A stretch of DNA of 55,028 nucleotides, from NCBI GenBank assembly GCA_003446605.1, contig DMDF01000072.1, positions 1 through 55,028 of the forward strand. Direction: 5' to 3'. Position 1 is the first letter of the stretch. Each line of letters starts with the position of its first letter. Made by a program: the position numbers and the translations under genes. Below the pieces are notes generated by a model. That model saw nothing but the letters and a program-made list of their open reading frames with translations, was not told the DNA's origin and did not search any database. Of the stretch, positions 17,051 to 26,970 are shown piece after piece. The DNA comes from Anaerolineaceae bacterium (lineage in GTDB: Bacteria; Chloroflexota; Anaerolineae; Anaerolineales; Anaerolineaceae).

Positions 17051-17839
17051 ATGGGTAATCTGGCAGGCAAAGCGGGAAAAGTTAGAAGAATGGTAAATTA
17101 TGTTTTCCGAATATCTGCTATCTGGATCCCCGCGCTCTTGCTATTGGCAGGTTGTGGAGGAATCCAGATAGATTCGCAAATACTCAAACCATCTCTTGCA
17201 ACAGCCACAGCAGTTGAACAAACACAACAGGCTGAACCCACCAGGCTGCTGCCCGTGGTAGGGATGCTGACGGCAACTGCCACTCCAGGAATCAGTCCAA
17301 CACTTTCATCTACCCTGGGAATTGTTACAGTTTCTCCCTCAATGGAAGAATCCGATTTTGTCAGTTGGGAAAGTTTAATTGACTACAATCTTCTCAAAGA
17401 TATTGACTGGGCAGTATATAGTGAAGTCATCATAGCAGGTCGCTTGGGTTGGCGGCGATACGCAGTTCCTGTGCCAACCACATGGGCAATAAATCCCGAA
17501 TCTGGAGAGAATGGCTTGGTTGTGACCAATGATTATCCTATTATGGAAAATACAGATAGCATTGAACTTGTGAGATTTGATTTTCGAGCTCTTGGGGATT
17601 TTGTCTTGCAGACTCCTGCTGGAAAAGAGCGGAAGGTTAGAATCACAGGAGAGCCTGGCGTACTTTGGACCAATATTGTCGAACCAGACAGGTATCATGA
17701 ATACGTACTTTTATTTGAACATGATGGCGTGAACTATGCAATCTGGGGCACGATCAAGTTGCCAGCTACTGACAGTGTTGCTATGGAAAAATTTCAAGCT
17801 ATGCTTTTTTATGTTATGTCTTTCTTAATCATTGATTAA
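17051..17839 (+). CDS. Lipoprotein of unknown function, starting 1 nt after the histidine kinase gene
   Basis: It starts 1 nt after the kinase stop. Lipobox: LLLLAGC. No catalytic motif was recognised. Confidence 0.55.
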   Translation: MGNLAGKAGKVRRMVNYVFRISAIWIPALLLLAGCGGIQIDSQILKPSLATATAVEQTQQAEPTRLLPVVGMLTATATPGISPTLSSTLGIVTVSPSMEESDFVSWESLIDYNLLKDIDWAVYSEVIIAGRLGWRRYAVPVPTTWAINPESGENGLVVTNDYPIMENTDSIELVRFDFRALGDFVLQTPAGKERKVRITGEPGVLWTNIVEPDRYHEYVLLFEHDGVNYAIWGTIKLPATDSVAMEKFQAMLFYVMSFLIID

Positions 17840-18056
17840 GAAAACCAAAACGACAACGCTGCTGACAAGCTAAGTTTAGATGAACAGTGATACCCACTGT
17901 CACTTAAAGTTCTGGTCTTCAATGAAATGTACTCAATTCGCATAACCAAGGTTGAGATTTTTACTAATTTCTGTGACGAGTAGTGTATGGTCAAAAACTA
18001 AAAGTTTTCTTCGAATGTTTCTGAAATCATCTATCTTGAAGTTGATTTAAACATTT

Positions 18057-18090
18057 CACCCCTTCTGCCATATCTAGAAGGGGTGTTTTT
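18057..18090 (+). terminator. Rho-independent terminator
   Basis: The stem is CACCCCTTCT / AGAAGGGGTG (10 bp), the loop is 9 nt, and TTTTT follows at 18086-18090. Confidence 0.7.
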
Positions 18091-18092
18091 AG

Positions 18093-18166
18093 CGGGAGCG
18101 ACGGGATTCGAACCCGCGGTCTCGGCCTTGACAGGGCCGCATGTTAAGCCACTACACCACGCCCCC
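18093..18166 (-). tRNA. tRNA-Asp (anticodon GTC)
   Basis: The reverse complement folds by hand. Acceptor stem: GGGGGCG/CGCTCCC. Anticodon stem: CGGCC/GGCCG, with loop CTGTCAA. T-arm: GGGTTCGAATCCC. The discriminator is G and CCA is not encoded. Confidence 0.85.
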
Positions 18167-18212
18167 GTGATGTGGAAAACAGTTTAACACAGGATAAAAC
18201 CAGCGTCAAGTT

Positions 18213-18680
18213 TTAGTTTTTACCAAATATCCATTTATGATGCTGATCGCTCCATTCGCAAATCTCTTCAGGTTTGAACCACAGTGCGATCTCTCGTTCA
18301 GCAGTCTCATGGGAATCTGAAGCATGGATGAGATTTCGGCTGGTCAATAAAGCATAGTCATGGCGGATGGTTCCCGGGGCTGCTTCAAGAGGATTGGTTT
18401 TGCCTACGGTTTGGCGCACCGCCTCAATGGCATGTTCGCCCGCCCATACCATTGCCATGGTAGGAGCCGAAGTGATGTATTCCACCAAGCCATTATAAAA
18501 ACTCTTGCCTTTGTGTTCCTTATAATGTGTTTCCGCCAATTCACGGCTAACGAGCAACATTTTAGCGGCTACCAGCTGCAAACCGCGGTTTTGGAAACGA
18601 TCAATGATCTCACCGATTAATTTACGCTGTACCCCATCTGGTTTTATCAGCACGAGTGTTTTTTCAAAGTTTTCTTCCAT
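18213..18680 (-). CDS. ndk: Nucleoside diphosphate kinase
   Basis: TLVLIKPDGVQRKLIGEIIDRF...NLIHASDS (active-site His region). 155 aa. Confidence 0.93.
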   Translation of the reverse strand: MEENFEKTLVLIKPDGVQRKLIGEIIDRFQNRGLQLVAAKMLLVSRELAETHYKEHKGKSFYNGLVEYITSAPTMAMVWAGEHAIEAVRQTVGKTNPLEAAPGTIRHDYALLTSRNLIHASDSHETAEREIALWFKPEEICEWSDQHHKWIFGKN

Positions 18681-18692
18681 GAAATTTCTTTC

Positions 18693-20258
18693 TTATACCA
18701 ATGAATTTTTTTCTGCATTATGAAATGCTTGCAGGGCTTTTTCTTTTTGATTGGTTTTTAGATAAGCTTTTCCAAGAACAAACCACGCATCCGGTTCTTG
18801 AGATAATAATTGATCCGTGTTTTCCATGATGGCGATGATTTCTTCAAGCCTGTATTCTTTATCAACAAGAGTATCTAATTTTTGGATTGCATAGCGGTAA
18901 TTGTTACCCTCAATCGCCTTGAGCACTATTTGCATTCCTTCATTGTTGTTTTCAAGATTATCGATCTTTTGTGTATCTTCAAGAATTGATTTCTTTTGGT
19001 GATTGGGTTCGTTTTCAATTTTCACCCAATCCTTAGAGATAGCTTCAGATTCTGGTTCTGAAATAGTGGGTACTTCATTATCAACCATACCTGTTTCATC
19101 TTTTTCAATATCGCTGAGATTGGGAATTTTCTCATCTTCTGGTTGAAGAAATTGGGGAAGATTCCTTTCATCCATATTACTTGCATCAATAGCATCATCG
19201 AATATCCATCCAGGGATGTCTGAGACAACTTCTTCCTGTGGAATCATGAGATTCTTGGCAGGGAAAGTTTCTTTTTCTGGTGGGGAGTCGGATTCGGTCT
19301 CACTTTCAATGGGGAGAGCGGCTTCTTTAGAAAACTCGCTTTCTGGTTCTGTCAAACGATCTTCAATGATAGAATCCCAATCAATCACAGAGTTAACGTC
19401 TTTTTCAGGGTCCCACATGCTTGCTTGATTCCAGTACTCTTCAATATCCTCCTGCCATTTCACCGTACTGAGATCAGGAACGGGATCTCTGCCATTATAT
19501 TTATCCAAATTGACGGCAATGTCCGGCACATCTTCCACAACCTTGATTTTCTCGCCCACATACAGGTAATATGGATCGACATCAATAAGGCGTTGGTGAA
19601 ACGCTTCTGTATCAAGAGCTTCTGAGGTATGGGGAAGGACCTCGAAAACAATCTGGTTTGCTATAAAATTGAAAGGTGAGGAGCCAAGTATTTCGATACA
19701 TAATTGAACCGCTTCAATGCGTTCTCCGGTTTGCATCAGAGCGTGTGCCAAATATCCTTTGAAATCGGTGCGCGAGGGGTTGGTTTGTAAACCAATGCGC
19801 AATTCAGCAATTACTTGGGGATACAGCCCACTGCGCCGATACATGTTGACCAATGCGCCACGCGTAAGGCGGATCGTTTGGGGTTCGACTCCGTCTTTTT
19901 TCAAATGGAGGCGTTTTAATTCTTCTTTGAGCATGGCATTGGTTGGTTGTAGCTCAAAGGCGCGTTCCATATGCAATACCGCATTGTCGAGCTGGTTGTT
20001 GACTTCAGCAATGAAACTCAAACCTATGTGCGCTACAAAATCATCGGGGTAGACCTCGAGCACTTTTTCCAAAACAAAATAGGAATCCTCATAGTTCCCT
20101 TTTTCCATGAGGATTTTCCCTAATAGGCGATATGTCTGAATATGTTTTGGATAAGTCTGGAGAATGAACCAGCAGTGTTTTAGCGCTTCGTCAAGGTTTC
20201 CATTCTGAATGAATACTTCAATTTCCTGAACGTATTTTCGTAAGGGAATCCTCAACAT
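18693..20258 (-). CDS. TPR-repeat protein with acidic low-complexity centre
   Basis: TPR-like helices occur at both ends (AHIGLSFIAEVNNQLDNAVLHMERAFELQP; WFVLGKAYLKTNQKEKALQAFHNA). It lies in an operon between rpoD and ndk. Confidence 0.6.
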   Translation of the reverse strand: MLRIPLRKYVQEIEVFIQNGNLDEALKHCWFILQTYPKHIQTYRLLGKILMEKGNYEDSYFVLEKVLEVYPDDFVAHIGLSFIAEVNNQLDNAVLHMERAFELQPTNAMLKEELKRLHLKKDGVEPQTIRLTRGALVNMYRRSGLYPQVIAELRIGLQTNPSRTDFKGYLAHALMQTGERIEAVQLCIEILGSSPFNFIANQIVFEVLPHTSEALDTEAFHQRLIDVDPYYLYVGEKIKVVEDVPDIAVNLDKYNGRDPVPDLSTVKWQEDIEEYWNQASMWDPEKDVNSVIDWDSIIEDRLTEPESEFSKEAALPIESETESDSPPEKETFPAKNLMIPQEEVVSDIPGWIFDDAIDASNMDERNLPQFLQPEDEKIPNLSDIEKDETGMVDNEVPTISEPESEAISKDWVKIENEPNHQKKSILEDTQKIDNLENNNEGMQIVLKAIEGNNYRYAIQKLDTLVDKEYRLEEIIAIMENTDQLLSQEPDAWFVLGKAYLKTNQKEKALQAFHNAEKNSLV

Positions 20259-20276
20259 AATGTTCCATCCTCAAAT

Positions 20277-21500
20277 TTATTCTCCCAGGTAATCTCGTAA
20301 TTTTCTTCGAATGGTCGGATGTCGCAGACGACTGAGCGCCTGAGCTTCGATTTGGCGTACTCTTTCACGAGTGACGCCCATTTTACGACCGACCTCTTCC
20401 AGCGTGTATGCTTGTCCATCCAGCAAACCGTAGCGCAGCTGGAGGATGCGCACTTCACGCGGTGGGAGTGTATTTAATATTACATTAAGATGCTCTTTTA
20501 ATAAATTATAAGTGGCAGTTTCATCGGGCGCAGGGATCTCATCATCTTCGATAAAATCGCCAAGCACGGAATCATCTTCATTGTCAGTGGGAGTTTCCAG
20601 TGAAAGCGGTCGCCGTGACACCTTTATCATATTTTCTACTTTCTTAGGCGTAACGTCTAATGCTTCAGCCAGTTCATCAATTGTTGGATCTCGACCAAGT
20701 TTTTGGGTAAGCTGATGTTGTATTCGCAAGAGTTTGTTGATCTGATCGCCCATATGAACGGGCACACGGATCGTGCGTCCCTGATCAGCAATGGCGCGAG
20801 TTACCGCTTGACGGATCCACCAGGTGGCATAGGTGCTGAATTTATGCCCTCTGCGGTAATCGAATTTTTTCGTGGCACGGATCAATCCGATATTTCCTTC
20901 TTGGATTAGATCAAGAAAAGGAACACCACGCCCCATGTATTTTTTGGCAACGCTGATGACAAGGCGAGAGTTGGCAGTAACCAGGTGTTCACGAGCTGCC
21001 CAACCATCTTCGATAAGATCACGCAATTCAGATCGGCGAGTATTATTAATATTTCCCGTCGCAAGTTCTTCACGTGCCATCCTACCACGTTCAATGCGTT
21101 GAGCCAGGTCAACTTCCTCATCTGCGGTTAGCAGCGGAACGCGGCTCACTTCCTTGAGATACAAACCGATGGTATCATCGGTATCAATGTGACGCAGATC
21201 ATCAACATCCACGTCGATCTCAATTTCATCTTCGTCGCGATCGTCATCCTTGATAAGTTCTTCTTCAGTAGGCTCGGGAATAGTGTCATCATCCTCAATA
21301 TAAGGAATGCCGGCACTCATCAAAGAGGCGAAAGCTTCTTCTAATTGTCCAAGATCCTGTTCGGCATCGGGGAAGAAATGCAAAACATCATCATAGGTTA
21401 CGTAATTTTTTTGACGACCAAGTTCGATAAGTCTAGCAATTGCTGAGTAACCAATGACATCATCTTCTTCTTCAAGAACACTGATTTTGCTATTTGCCAT
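20277..21500 (-). CDS. rpoD: Primary RNA polymerase sigma factor (sigma-70/SigA)
   Basis: Region 2: [30 protein letters not shown]. Region 4: [25 protein letters not shown]. The N-terminus is acidic. Confidence 0.93.
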   Translation of the reverse strand: MANSKISVLEEEDDVIGYSAIARLIELGRQKNYVTYDDVLHFFPDAEQDLGQLEEAFASLMSAGIPYIEDDDTIPEPTEEELIKDDDRDEDEIEIDVDVDDLRHIDTDDTIGLYLKEVSRVPLLTADEEVDLAQRIERGRMAREELATGNINNTRRSELRDLIEDGWAAREHLVTANSRLVISVAKKYMGRGVPFLDLIQEGNIGLIRATKKFDYRRGHKFSTYATWWIRQAVTRAIADQGRTIRVPVHMGDQINKLLRIQHQLTQKLGRDPTIDELAEALDVTPKKVENMIKVSRRPLSLETPTDNEDDSVLGDFIEDDEIPAPDETATYNLLKEHLNVILNTLPPREVRILQLRYGLLDGQAYTLEEVGRKMGVTRERVRQIEAQALSRLRHPTIRRKLRDYLGE

Positions 21501-21690
21501 AAATGATCACAACCTTTTTATAAACAAAATTATGGCACGCAAAAATGAATACTCCTTATGAGCATACATGTTTTCAAAACAAAATGCAATACTACTTTCG
21601 TTTTATAGAAAATATTTACAAATTTGCGTGCTGCGCAACATCCTACTATACACAATTGGCTTGTAAAAGTCAACAACCAATCCACATTTA

Positions 21691-22377
21691 TTATATATTT
21701 TTTACATGATCGCTAAAATATGGCGGAAGTAATGAGTGGATGTGAATGGGCTCACCTGTTTTAGGATGATGAAACCAGATATTGTGTGCATGCAGTAGTA
21801 ATTTATCCGAATCTGGGTGATAGGTTTCAAGTGAATGCGTGAATCGATACGCTCCATACAGGCTATCCCCCACAACTGGCAACCCACAATATGCCAGGTG
21901 AGCTCTAATTTGGTGGGTTATTCCACTTTCAATTGAAATAGAAAGAAATGTTTCGGTTTCATACCTTTTCAATACTTCTACGTTTGAAACTGCTTTCTTC
22001 CCTCTGGCAGTGTCAGGGATCGTTCGATGATGTCGGTCTCCATTTTTTAACAGGGGAATGGTGATAGTTTTCTTTTCCCACATAGGGCTACCGTGAACAA
22101 CGGTTTTGTATTCCTTGTGGATCTCGCGATGTTCGAACTGCATATTTAAAGAACGATGGGCATTTGCATTGCGAGCGAAGAGGAGTATTCCACTGGTCTC
22201 TTTATCGAGCCGGTGAACAACCCATACCTCCCCAAAATTTTGAGAGAGAATATTTCGCAAGCAAGGAACATTTTTATCATATCCGTCCGGGATGGTTCGT
22301 AATCCTCCAGGTTTATTAACTGCAAGGATATCTTCATCCTTATAAAGAACTTTCAAAGAAGTAATTTCATCCATCAA
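21691..22377 (-). CDS. RluA-family pseudouridine synthase
   Basis: Catalytic motif: VVHRLDKETSGILLFARN. It also has GITHQIRAHL. 228 aa and no S4 domain. Confidence 0.85.
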   Translation of the reverse strand: MMDEITSLKVLYKDEDILAVNKPGGLRTIPDGYDKNVPCLRNILSQNFGEVWVVHRLDKETSGILLFARNANAHRSLNMQFEHREIHKEYKTVVHGSPMWEKKTITIPLLKNGDRHHRTIPDTARGKKAVSNVEVLKRYETETFLSISIESGITHQIRAHLAYCGLPVVGDSLYGAYRFTHSLETYHPDSDKLLLHAHNIWFHHPKTGEPIHIHSLLPPYFSDHVKNI

Positions 22378-22428
22378 CGACCGCTCTGATTTATAATCAT
22401 ATTAAATAAACCTACGTGAAGGTGCTAA

Positions 22429-22734
22429 ATGTTGATTGTAATTGTACATGTTCATGTTGAGGAAAATTGCGTTAATGATTTTATCAGAGCAACAAAGAAT
22501 AATGCCGAACACAGCATTCAAGAGGAAGGGGTTGTTAAATTTGATTTCATCCAGCAAAATGATGACCCTGCCAGATTTGTGCTGCTGGAAGTTTATCAAA
22601 ATGAAGAAGCCGCTTCTGCACATAAGGAGACATCTCATTATCAGGAGTGGAAGGGAATTGTTGCAGAAATGATGGTAGAACCACGGTACAGTGTGAAATT
22701 TCACGAGATCTACCCACCTTCCGAAAAGTGGTAA
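22429..22734 (+). CDS. ABM-domain (antibiotic-biosynthesis-monooxygenase-like) protein
   Basis: 101 aa. It shows the typical ABM pattern: VIVHVHV...F..ATKNNAEHSIQEEGVVKFDF.Q...P.RFVLLEVYQNEEAASAHKETSHYQEWK. Confidence 0.7.
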   Translation: MLIVIVHVHVEENCVNDFIRATKNNAEHSIQEEGVVKFDFIQQNDDPARFVLLEVYQNEEAASAHKETSHYQEWKGIVAEMMVEPRYSVKFHEIYPPSEKW

Positions 22735-22741
22735 ATATAGT

Positions 22742-23902
22742 GTGATGGTAGAAAACAAATTTTCATTTGCAACTGCTGATACCATTATTTTTGGATGGGG
22801 CGAAAGGCATACAGTATCTCAATATGCTGCAAAATTTGGCTCTCATGGTCTTTTACTTCATTCTCGTAGTGTAAAAGAAATACCTGAAATTGTGGAAACA
22901 CTTCACCGTTCAGGTATTTCTGTAACTCAACAAGTGCTTACAGGGGAACCAACGGATGAAAAGGTCAGCACATTGGCTGATTCATATCGTGACCAGCAAA
23001 TAGATTTTATTATCGGCGTTGGAGGAGGCAGTGTTTTGGATACAGGGAAAGCTTTATCTGCCTTAGTGACCAATCACGGTACTTTACTGGATTACCTGGA
23101 AGTTGTGGGGAGGGGTCTTCCATTGCAAAATCCTCCCTGCCCGTATATCGCGCTTCCCACCACCGCGGGGACCGGCACAGAAGTAACCAAAAATGCGGTC
23201 ATTAAAGTGACCAGTAAGAATGTAAAAGTCAGCATGCGCAATGCAGCTATGATCCCAGATATCGCTTTGATCGATCCGGAATTAACAGTGAGTTTACCTC
23301 CCACTATAACAGCATCAACGGGTATGGATGCTTTTATACAGGTACTTGAACCATACTGTTCGCGGAACGCAAATAAAATGGTGGATATGTTCTGCCGTGA
23401 AGGTATTCCCCTGGCGGCGAAGACTCTACCCATTGTTTACCACAACCCAACCGATGAAAAATCCAGAACGATGATGGCATGGGTGAGTTTATTAGGTGGA
23501 CTTTCACTGGCGAACGCAAAATTGGGGGCTGTACATGGGTTTGCAGGACCGATTGGTGGCATGTTCGATGTTCCACATGGTGTTATTTGCGCGTGCTTAC
23601 TGCCGCAAGTCTTTAAAAAGAACATTGTCAAAGTACAGGAATGTGGAGATGAGAATTTAGTAAAACGGTTTAATCAAATCGCTGCATGGGTATTAGGAGA
23701 AGATAATCCATCTGCCCCAAAAGCAGTGGAGTGGTTCATCGCGCTTAATGAGGAATTATCCATTCCAAAATTAGGACAGCTCGGTATAAAGGAGCCGAAT
23801 TTTGATGCCATCATCGAAAAATCTCTTGTCTCCAGCAGTATGAAGGGGAACCCCGTGCTGCTGGATGCAGCGGATCTGCGTGAAATTTTACTGAATTCAT
23901 GA
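22742..23902 (+). CDS. Iron-containing (class III) alcohol dehydrogenase
   Basis: GVGGGSVLDTGKA, LPTTAGTGTEVT, and metal-binding His region GAVHGFAGPIG...PHG. Confidence 0.85.
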   Translation: MMVENKFSFATADTIIFGWGERHTVSQYAAKFGSHGLLLHSRSVKEIPEIVETLHRSGISVTQQVLTGEPTDEKVSTLADSYRDQQIDFIIGVGGGSVLDTGKALSALVTNHGTLLDYLEVVGRGLPLQNPPCPYIALPTTAGTGTEVTKNAVIKVTSKNVKVSMRNAAMIPDIALIDPELTVSLPPTITASTGMDAFIQVLEPYCSRNANKMVDMFCREGIPLAAKTLPIVYHNPTDEKSRTMMAWVSLLGGLSLANAKLGAVHGFAGPIGGMFDVPHGVICACLLPQVFKKNIVKVQECGDENLVKRFNQIAAWVLGEDNPSAPKAVEWFIALNEELSIPKLGQLGIKEPNFDAIIEKSLVSSSMKGNPVLLDAADLREILLNS

Positions 23903-23926
23903 GAGGTGAAGATTTCTTCACCTCTC
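23901..23926. terminator. Perfect 11-bp hairpin between convergent genes (bidirectional terminator candidate)
   Basis: The sequence is gagaggtgaag-attt-cttcacctctc. It overlaps the ADH stop codon and is followed by cctttattt. It lies immediately before the end of the DegV gene. Confidence 0.6.
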
Positions 23927-23929
23927 CCT

Positions 23930-24769
23930 TTATTTAACAAGGAATGAACACCCTAAAATTGTAGGACCACCATGCAGAATAATTGCTGGCGGGAGGTAAT
24001 TAACCGGGATGGTAGAGACACCGGATTCTTCTTTTAATGTCGATGCAAATTCCTGTGCTTTACCAACAATACCACCGTGTTCAATATTAAGATAAGAAGT
24101 GTCACTGGCAGGGCATTCATCCAGAATGATCTCTTTAAAACGCTCTATTGCTTTTTTAGTGGTACGTTGTGTTTCTTTTGCATCAATTTGACCATCTACT
24201 ATTTGTAGAATGGGTTTCATCTGCAGCATACTTCCAACCAGTTTTGAGGCTGCTCCTATACGCCCACCTTTGTAAAGATACTCAAGCGTATCCACCAGGA
24301 AATAAGTGCGAGTTTTTGCTGATAATTCTTGGAGTGTTGATTCTATTTCATTAGCACTGGCGCCATCATCAAGCATTTTTTTAGCTATCCGCACCAGAAT
24401 CCCCTGTGCCGTTCCCAGTGTTTTAACGTCGATAATACGAATATCCGCAGCTGGATGTTCTTGTTTTGCCGTGCAATATGCGCGATATGTTCCACTGATT
24501 TTTTCAGAAGGGCAAATAGCAATGGCAGTGTCTCCTTTTTCTTCTATTTGTTTGAATATAGGCTCTACAATAGCAGGAGGTGGAGCCGCAGTGGTTGGCA
24601 GCTGTTTAGCAACCGATAATTTTTCACCAAAAGTAATCGAATCGATTTCACTATCATCACGGTATGTCTTATCTCCAAAAACAATGATCTGGGGTAAATA
24701 CAGCAATCCCATATTGTTTGCTTCATCTAGAGGAATGCAGGATAAGGTATCACTGATTAATTGGATCAT
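23930..24769 (-). CDS. DegV-family fatty-acid-binding protein
   Basis: 279 aa with DegV-like sequence (IQLISDTLSCIP...YLPQIIVFGDKTYRDD...TTAAPPP...SEKISGTY). Confidence 0.8.
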   Translation of the reverse strand: MIQLISDTLSCIPLDEANNMGLLYLPQIIVFGDKTYRDDSEIDSITFGEKLSVAKQLPTTAAPPPAIVEPIFKQIEEKGDTAIAICPSEKISGTYRAYCTAKQEHPAADIRIIDVKTLGTAQGILVRIAKKMLDDGASANEIESTLQELSAKTRTYFLVDTLEYLYKGGRIGAASKLVGSMLQMKPILQIVDGQIDAKETQRTTKKAIERFKEIILDECPASDTSYLNIEHGGIVGKAQEFASTLKEESGVSTIPVNYLPPAIILHGGPTILGCSFLVK

Positions 24770-24786
24770 AAATTCTCCATCACACT

Positions 24787-25794
24787 TTAAGTTGCTTGTA
24801 CTGACTGATTCGATGGTAATGCTTCAAGAGGTTCAGCAGTTTTGACCGCATCCAGGATCGCTTCTGCTACCATATCCGCTGCAAAAGCACCAATAGTATT
24901 GACATCACATTTTTTCTTTCCGGTGGCGAGTGCGAAGATGGTATCTCCATCAAACATGGTATGGGCAGGGCGGATTACTCTGGCTAGACCATCCTGTGCC
25001 ATCTGTGCCACCTTATTTACTTCTTCTTTATTAAGAGTGGCATTGGTTACCACTGCTCCAATCACAGTATTGGATTTAGAAGCGAACTGTAACGCCGTTT
25101 TTCCGATCATCGAACGCATGACCTGCTGTGTGTTTGCAAAATACTCTGTCTCGCCAATCGTGACGGGACCTCTTTGTAGGGAACGGGTGCCTGCTAGAAT
25201 TGAACCGGTGGCGGGGTCAACCACATCTCCAAACGCATTCACCGCAATGATTGCGCCAACATAGAGACTCTGCGAAATTTCCACTGCTGCAGTTCCAATA
25301 CCTGCTTTCATCGCCTGCCCCATGCCAAGAATTTTCCCAACACTAGCCCCAGTTCCAGCTCCAAAGTTTCCGCTTTTAGGTTGATTGTTGGATGCGTCTA
25401 CACAAGCTTGATATCCCATGGTCGCATCCGGGCGAATGGTAGCGTCCCCAACTCCTAGGTCAAATAAGATAGCCGCAGGAACAATTGGAACCCGGGCAAA
25501 GCCGGTATCAAAACCGATCTTATGTTCCTCAAGGTAGTGCATAACACCTGAGGCTGCATCCAGCCCATAGGCGGAACCACCAGCTAATAAGACTGCATGC
25601 ACTTTTTCTACCATGTGCATGGGTCTTAGTAAATCGGTTTCTCGTGTACCAGGTGAACCTCCACGCTGGTCAACACCTCCGACTGCACCTTCTTTGCACA
25701 GGAGAACAGTGCATCCCGTCCAAGCTGTATGATCGCTGACCTGCCCGATCAAAAGATTATCTATGTCAGAAATACGAGCTTTCTTATAAACCAC
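24787..25794 (-). CDS. P1/S58 (DmpA-type) family aminopeptidase
   Basis: GCTVLLCKEGAVGGVDQRGGSPGTRETDLL, and NTVIGAVVTNATLNKEE (self-processing/nucleophile region). Confidence 0.75.
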   Translation of the reverse strand: MVYKKARISDIDNLLIGQVSDHTAWTGCTVLLCKEGAVGGVDQRGGSPGTRETDLLRPMHMVEKVHAVLLAGGSAYGLDAASGVMHYLEEHKIGFDTGFARVPIVPAAILFDLGVGDATIRPDATMGYQACVDASNNQPKSGNFGAGTGASVGKILGMGQAMKAGIGTAAVEISQSLYVGAIIAVNAFGDVVDPATGSILAGTRSLQRGPVTIGETEYFANTQQVMRSMIGKTALQFASKSNTVIGAVVTNATLNKEEVNKVAQMAQDGLARVIRPAHTMFDGDTIFALATGKKKCDVNTIGAFAADMVAEAILDAVKTAEPLEALPSNQSVQAT

Positions 25795-26052
25795 CTGAAT
25801 CTCCTTTCAAAACAAATAACCTAAAAAATCACACCTGTTTTAATGTCGAAATTAACCAGAGATATTGTAATTTGTAATTACTTTTTAGATAAAGACAATC
25901 TCATATCCATAGAAATAAAATGGCATAAATTCCCTCAAGCGAAATGAAAAAACGTATCAAGAGTATTAATATTCCATAAAAAAACTGGCAGATTGAAGCA
26001 AGTCAATGTCAAAATAGTAAGATATGATTATATCTGAATCAAGGGATTTGAA

Positions 26053-26970
26053 ATGAGAATTGCATTAATTGGATTGGGGAAAATGGGCGCAAATATGGCT
26101 CGTCGATTAAGTGCCGGAAATATCGAGCTGGTCGCGTACAATCGCAGCCCCGAAAAAACACAGGAGCTTTCTGAAGAAATAAGTTTACAGCCTGCGTATA
26201 GCTATGAAGAAGTTGTCACGTATTTAGACAAACCCCATATCATCTGGTCTATGGTCCCAGCTGGAAAAACAACCAAAGAGGTGGCAAAAGCTTTTTACGA
26301 CCTGCTAGGGGAGGATGATATATTTATTGATGGTGGCAATTCATTTTACAGAGATTCAATGCAGCTGGCAGAAATGTTTTCCGCGAAAAAGATCCATTTC
26401 TTGGATGTAGGCGTTAGCGGAGGAATATGGGGGTTAGAGGAAGGTTATTCGCTGATGATAGGAGGGGAAAGAAAGGTTGCTGATTATCTTAGCCCTGTTT
26501 TTGAAGTATTGGCGCCTGGAAAAGATAAGGGCTGGGGCTATGTAGGACCGCATGGTGCGGGTCATTTTGTAAAAATGGTTCATAATGGCATTGAGTATGG
26601 CATGATGGAAGCAATGGCAGAGGGATTTGAGATATTACATGCCAAGCAGGAATTTGACCTCAATCTGGAAGAGGTTTCCAGAATCTGGCAGGATGGATCG
26701 GTTGTTCGTTCGTGGCTGTTAGATTTAACCCATGATGCACTTGAAGAGGACCGAGAACTATCAACGATTGAAAGCTGGGTGGATGATTCAGGAGAAGGGC
26801 GTTGGACAGCCCATGAAGCGATTGAACTTGGGGTACCAACACCTGTGATAACCAATGCTCTCTTCCGGAGATTTGACAGTCGCCAGAAGGATAGTTTTGC
26901 GATGAAAATATTAGCAGCCATGCGAAATAAATTTGGAGGACATGCAATAAAAGAAAAGAAGGGTAAATGA
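26053..26970 (+). CDS. gnd: 6-phosphogluconate dehydrogenase, short (about 300 aa, Gnd-like/YqeC-type) form
   Basis: Rossmann motif: MRIALIGLGKMGANMARRL. It also has GGNS..., GAGHFVKMVHNGIEYG and WxxGSVVRSWLLDL. It overlaps zwf by 4 nt. Confidence 0.85.
   Translation: MRIALIGLGKMGANMARRLSAGNIELVAYNRSPEKTQELSEEISLQPAYSYEEVVTYLDKPHIIWSMVPAGKTTKEVAKAFYDLLGEDDIFIDGGNSFYRDSMQLAEMFSAKKIHFLDVGVSGGIWGLEEGYSLMIGGERKVADYLSPVFEVLAPGKDKGWGYVGPHGAGHFVKMVHNGIEYGMMEAMAEGFEILHAKQEFDLNLEEVSRIWQDGSVVRSWLLDLTHDALEEDRELSTIESWVDDSGEGRWTAHEAIELGVPTPVITNALFRRFDSRQKDSFAMKILAAMRNKFGGHAIKEKKGK

Noticed and set aside
18057-18212. tRNA-Asp as a possible genomic-island integration site.
   Set aside because: There is no integrase or recombinase gene on either side. 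I could see no direct repeat of the tRNA 3' end in the window. The neighbouring genes (ndk, rpoD) are core housekeeping.
22402-22785. A 127-aa minus-strand ORF overlapping the ABM-domain gene.
   Set aside because: The plus-strand 101-aa product shows the full ABM-fold sequence pattern. The minus-strand product has no motif and would overlap the ADH gene start.
24306-25264. Two plus-strand ORFs (179 aa and 140 aa), antisense to the DegV and P1-peptidase genes.
   Set aside because: Both opposite-strand genes have clear family motifs. The antisense translations are Ala/Ser/Val-rich with no recognisable domain. They are shadow ORFs.
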